Program-made: the position numbers and the translations under genes
From: an uncultured Gammaproteobacteria bacterium
GTDB lineage: Bacteria; Patescibacteriota; Patescibacteriia; SG8-24
Length of the DNA: 64,000 bases
Direction of reading: 5' to 3'
Assembly: GCA_964491475.1 (NCBI GenBank)
Contig: CAZBFO010000002.1
Span: forward strand, 208,501 to 272,500
Notes under the pieces: model-generated
Databases searched by the model: none
Told to the model about the DNA's origin: nothing
What the model saw: only the letters and a program-made list of their open reading frames with translations
Part shown: positions 60,578 through 64,000 of the stretch, one piece after another
Layout of the letters: each line of letters starts with the position of its first letter
Position numbering within the stretch: position 1 is the stretch's first letter

Positions 60578-61774
60578 ATGCCACTGCAAACCCTTGCAAA
60601 GCTGAAGTCCGCGAAGGGGAAGCGCGTGCTCCTGCGCGTCGACTTCAACATCCCTTATGGGCCCAACGGCAGCATCGGCGTGGAGGAGGACGCCCGCATA
60701 AGGGCATGCTTGCCGACCATCTTGAAGCTCAAGAAGGGCGGCGCGAAAATCATCCTCGTCTCCCACCTCGGTCGCCCCGAAGGCCGCGAAAAGCGCTACT
60801 CGCTCGCTCCCGTCGCGTTGCACCTTTCCCGATTGCTGGGAAAGAAAGTCGAATTCGTGAAGGACAACCTGGAGGACGATCACGTGGTGGAGAAGAGGCT
60901 GGACGCGATGAAGAACGGCGACGTGACTTTGCTCGAGAACATCCGTTTTTACAAAGGGGAGGACTCCAATAGTTCCTTCCTGGCGCGGCGGCTCGCTTCG
61001 TTTGCCGACGTCTTCGTCGATGACGCCTTCGCGGTGGCGCACCGTGAAGCGGCCTCAAACGTCGGCGTCACCAAGTATCTTCCCAGCTATGCCGGCCTCC
61101 TTCTCGAGCTCGAGGTCAAGCAGCTGGGCAAGCTGCTCGACAAGCCCAAGAAGCCGTTCGTGGTGCTGATGGGCGGCGCCAAGATCTCGTCCAAGCTGCC
61201 GACGCTCAAGAAGCTGCTGTCCGTGGCTGACTGCGTGATGGTCGGCGGCGGCATGGCCAACAACTTCTTCCGGGCCCAGGGCCTGAAGATGGGCAAGTCG
61301 CTGGTTTCCGCGGAGGACGTGAGGATGGCCAAGGCCCTTTGGGCCAAGCACAAGAAGAAGCTGCTGCTTCCGATCGACGTGCTGGCGTCCGTTCGCCTGG
61401 ACGACAAGGCCGACCCGCGCTACTGCAAACCCGACGAGATCGCCAAGAACGAGCATGTCGTGGACATCGGCGCGGAAACGGCTCGCGCCTGGTCGGCGGT
61501 CATCAAGAAGGCCAAGACCATCGTCTGGAACGGCCCGGTAGGGCTCTTCGAAGTGAAGAAGTTCAGCCACGGCTCGTTGAGCCTCGGCAGGCTGATCGCG
61601 GCGCGGTCGACGGGCCGCGCCTTCGGCGTGGTCGGCGGCGGCGAGACGGTCCAGTGCCTGATGCAGACCGGCATGCCGGACGACGTGGACCACGTGTCCA
61701 CCGGCGGCGGCGCCATGCTGGAGTTCCTGGCCGGCAAGACGCTGCCGGGCATCAAGCCGCTGATGAAAAAATAA
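60578..61774 (+). CDS. pgk: Phosphoglycerate kinase
   Basis: RVDFN, SHLGRP, LLENIRF, STGGGA. Confidence 0.97.
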   Translation: MPLQTLAKLKSAKGKRVLLRVDFNIPYGPNGSIGVEEDARIRACLPTILKLKKGGAKIILVSHLGRPEGREKRYSLAPVALHLSRLLGKKVEFVKDNLEDDHVVEKRLDAMKNGDVTLLENIRFYKGEDSNSSFLARRLASFADVFVDDAFAVAHREAASNVGVTKYLPSYAGLLLELEVKQLGKLLDKPKKPFVVLMGGAKISSKLPTLKKLLSVADCVMVGGGMANNFFRAQGLKMGKSLVSAEDVRMAKALWAKHKKKLLLPIDVLASVRLDDKADPRYCKPDEIAKNEHVVDIGAETARAWSAVIKKAKTIVWNGPVGLFEVKKFSHGSLSLGRLIAARSTGRAFGVVGGGETVQCLMQTGMPDDVDHVSTGGGAMLEFLAGKTLPGIKPLMKK

Positions 61775-61797
61775 TTTCGGTTTTTTAGCTGAAATCT

Positions 61798-62610
61798 ATG
61801 AAAGAGATGATGCAAGACGGTTGCGCCTGCAACGGGGGCAGCTGCAGGTGCCACGGCGGCGGCAGGCGCGGGAAGATATTCTTCTTGTGCCTGGCGCTCA
61901 TCGCCCTGACGGCCTGGCTGGGCTTCAAGGCCCGCAACGAGGCCAAGCAGTTCGACTTCATCGGCGTGCCGGTGGAGCGCAACACCATCACCATCAACGG
62001 CGACGGCAAGGTGGTCGGCAAGACCGACGTGGCCGAAGTCGACATGGGCATGACCATCGAGAAGCCGACGGTGGCCGAAGCCCAGGCCGAGAACACCAAG
62101 GTGATGAACCAGCTCAACGCCGCGCTCAAGGCGGCGGGCATCGCCGAAGCCGACGTGCAGACCACCGCCTACAACGTCAATCCCAATTACGACTGGAACA
62201 ACGGCAAGCAGAAGCTGCGCAGCTACAGCGTCACCCAGAACGTCCATGTGAAGATCCGCGCCTTGGACAAGGTGGGCGACATCCTCGGCACCGCCGGCTC
62301 GCTCGGCGCCAACCAGATCGGCGGCATCAGCTTCGGCATCGACGATCCGCAGAAACTCAAGGACCAGGCTCGCGCCAAGGCCATCGACGACGCCAAGCGC
62401 AAGGCCCTGTCATTGAGCCAGGCCGCCGGCATCAGGCTGGTGCGCGTGGTCAGCTTCAGCGAGTCGTACGGCGGCACCACCCCTCCGCCCGTCTACTACG
62501 ACAAGATGGCGTTCGGCATGGGCGGCGCGCCCGAAGCCGCGAGCCCGACGGTCAACGCCGGCAGCAACGACATTACCGCCAACGTCAGCATTACCTACGA
62601 GATCCAATAA
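61798..62610 (+). CDS. SIMPL (DUF541) membrane-anchored protein
   Basis: TM plus I..NG.GKV, GANQI, A.DDAK.KA. Confidence 0.88.
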   Translation: MKEMMQDGCACNGGSCRCHGGGRRGKIFFLCLALIALTAWLGFKARNEAKQFDFIGVPVERNTITINGDGKVVGKTDVAEVDMGMTIEKPTVAEAQAENTKVMNQLNAALKAAGIAEADVQTTAYNVNPNYDWNNGKQKLRSYSVTQNVHVKIRALDKVGDILGTAGSLGANQIGGISFGIDDPQKLKDQARAKAIDDAKRKALSLSQAAGIRLVRVVSFSESYGGTTPPPVYYDKMAFGMGGAPEAASPTVNAGSNDITANVSITYEIQ

Positions 62611-62637
62611 TTTCCGTCCCCATTCTTGCGTTCCTGA

Positions 62638-63918
<1,281 letters not shown>

Positions 63919-63940
63919 CGCGGTCACTTTCGCCAGGCAC

Positions 63941-64000
63941 ATGTCCCCGAAAGCCAAGAAAAAACTCGCGGCTTCCGCAGCGCCGAATGCCAAGAACGGC
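63941..64000 (+). CDS. Possible start of the next gene (runs off the window edge)
   Basis: MSPKAKKKLAASAAPNAKNG..., 23 nt after eno. Confidence 0.4.
   Translation, partial: MSPKAKKKLAASAAPNAKNG

Overview
High-GC bacterial chromosome segment. Gene content points to Patescibacteria/CPR (Parcubacteria-like; inference from the CPR-type pilin, DUF5679, baseplate-J-like membrane protein, short EF-Ts and tandem-domain ThyX). The core backbone is dnaE, thrS, miaB/miaA, gatB, a dTTP-supply cluster (tmk, thyX, gmk, dut, dcd), rplA/rplK, nusG/secE, a GT4-GH57-GH15 alpha-glucan cluster, gyrB, rodA, rplY, prmC/prfA/rpmE, rpsB/tsf and gap-pgk-eno. Single accessory genes with their own promoters, strong Shine-Dalgarno (SD) sequences and terminators are interspersed, and an AT-richer patch at about 2.4-5.0 kb holds a putative toxin-antitoxin pair and a putative restriction-modification pair. 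I found no rRNA, tRNA, CRISPR array or transposase. The most notable observations are a 163-bp element with perfect 39-bp inverted arms and nested hairpins between rplA and dcd, an ATP-cone-like insertion in ThyX, a DnaE PHP domain missing three metal ligands, two distinct translation-initiation regimes, a ParB-motif orphan after dnaE, and an NDH-2-like gene inside the glycolysis cluster. All family calls come from motif recognition by eye, not from database searches.
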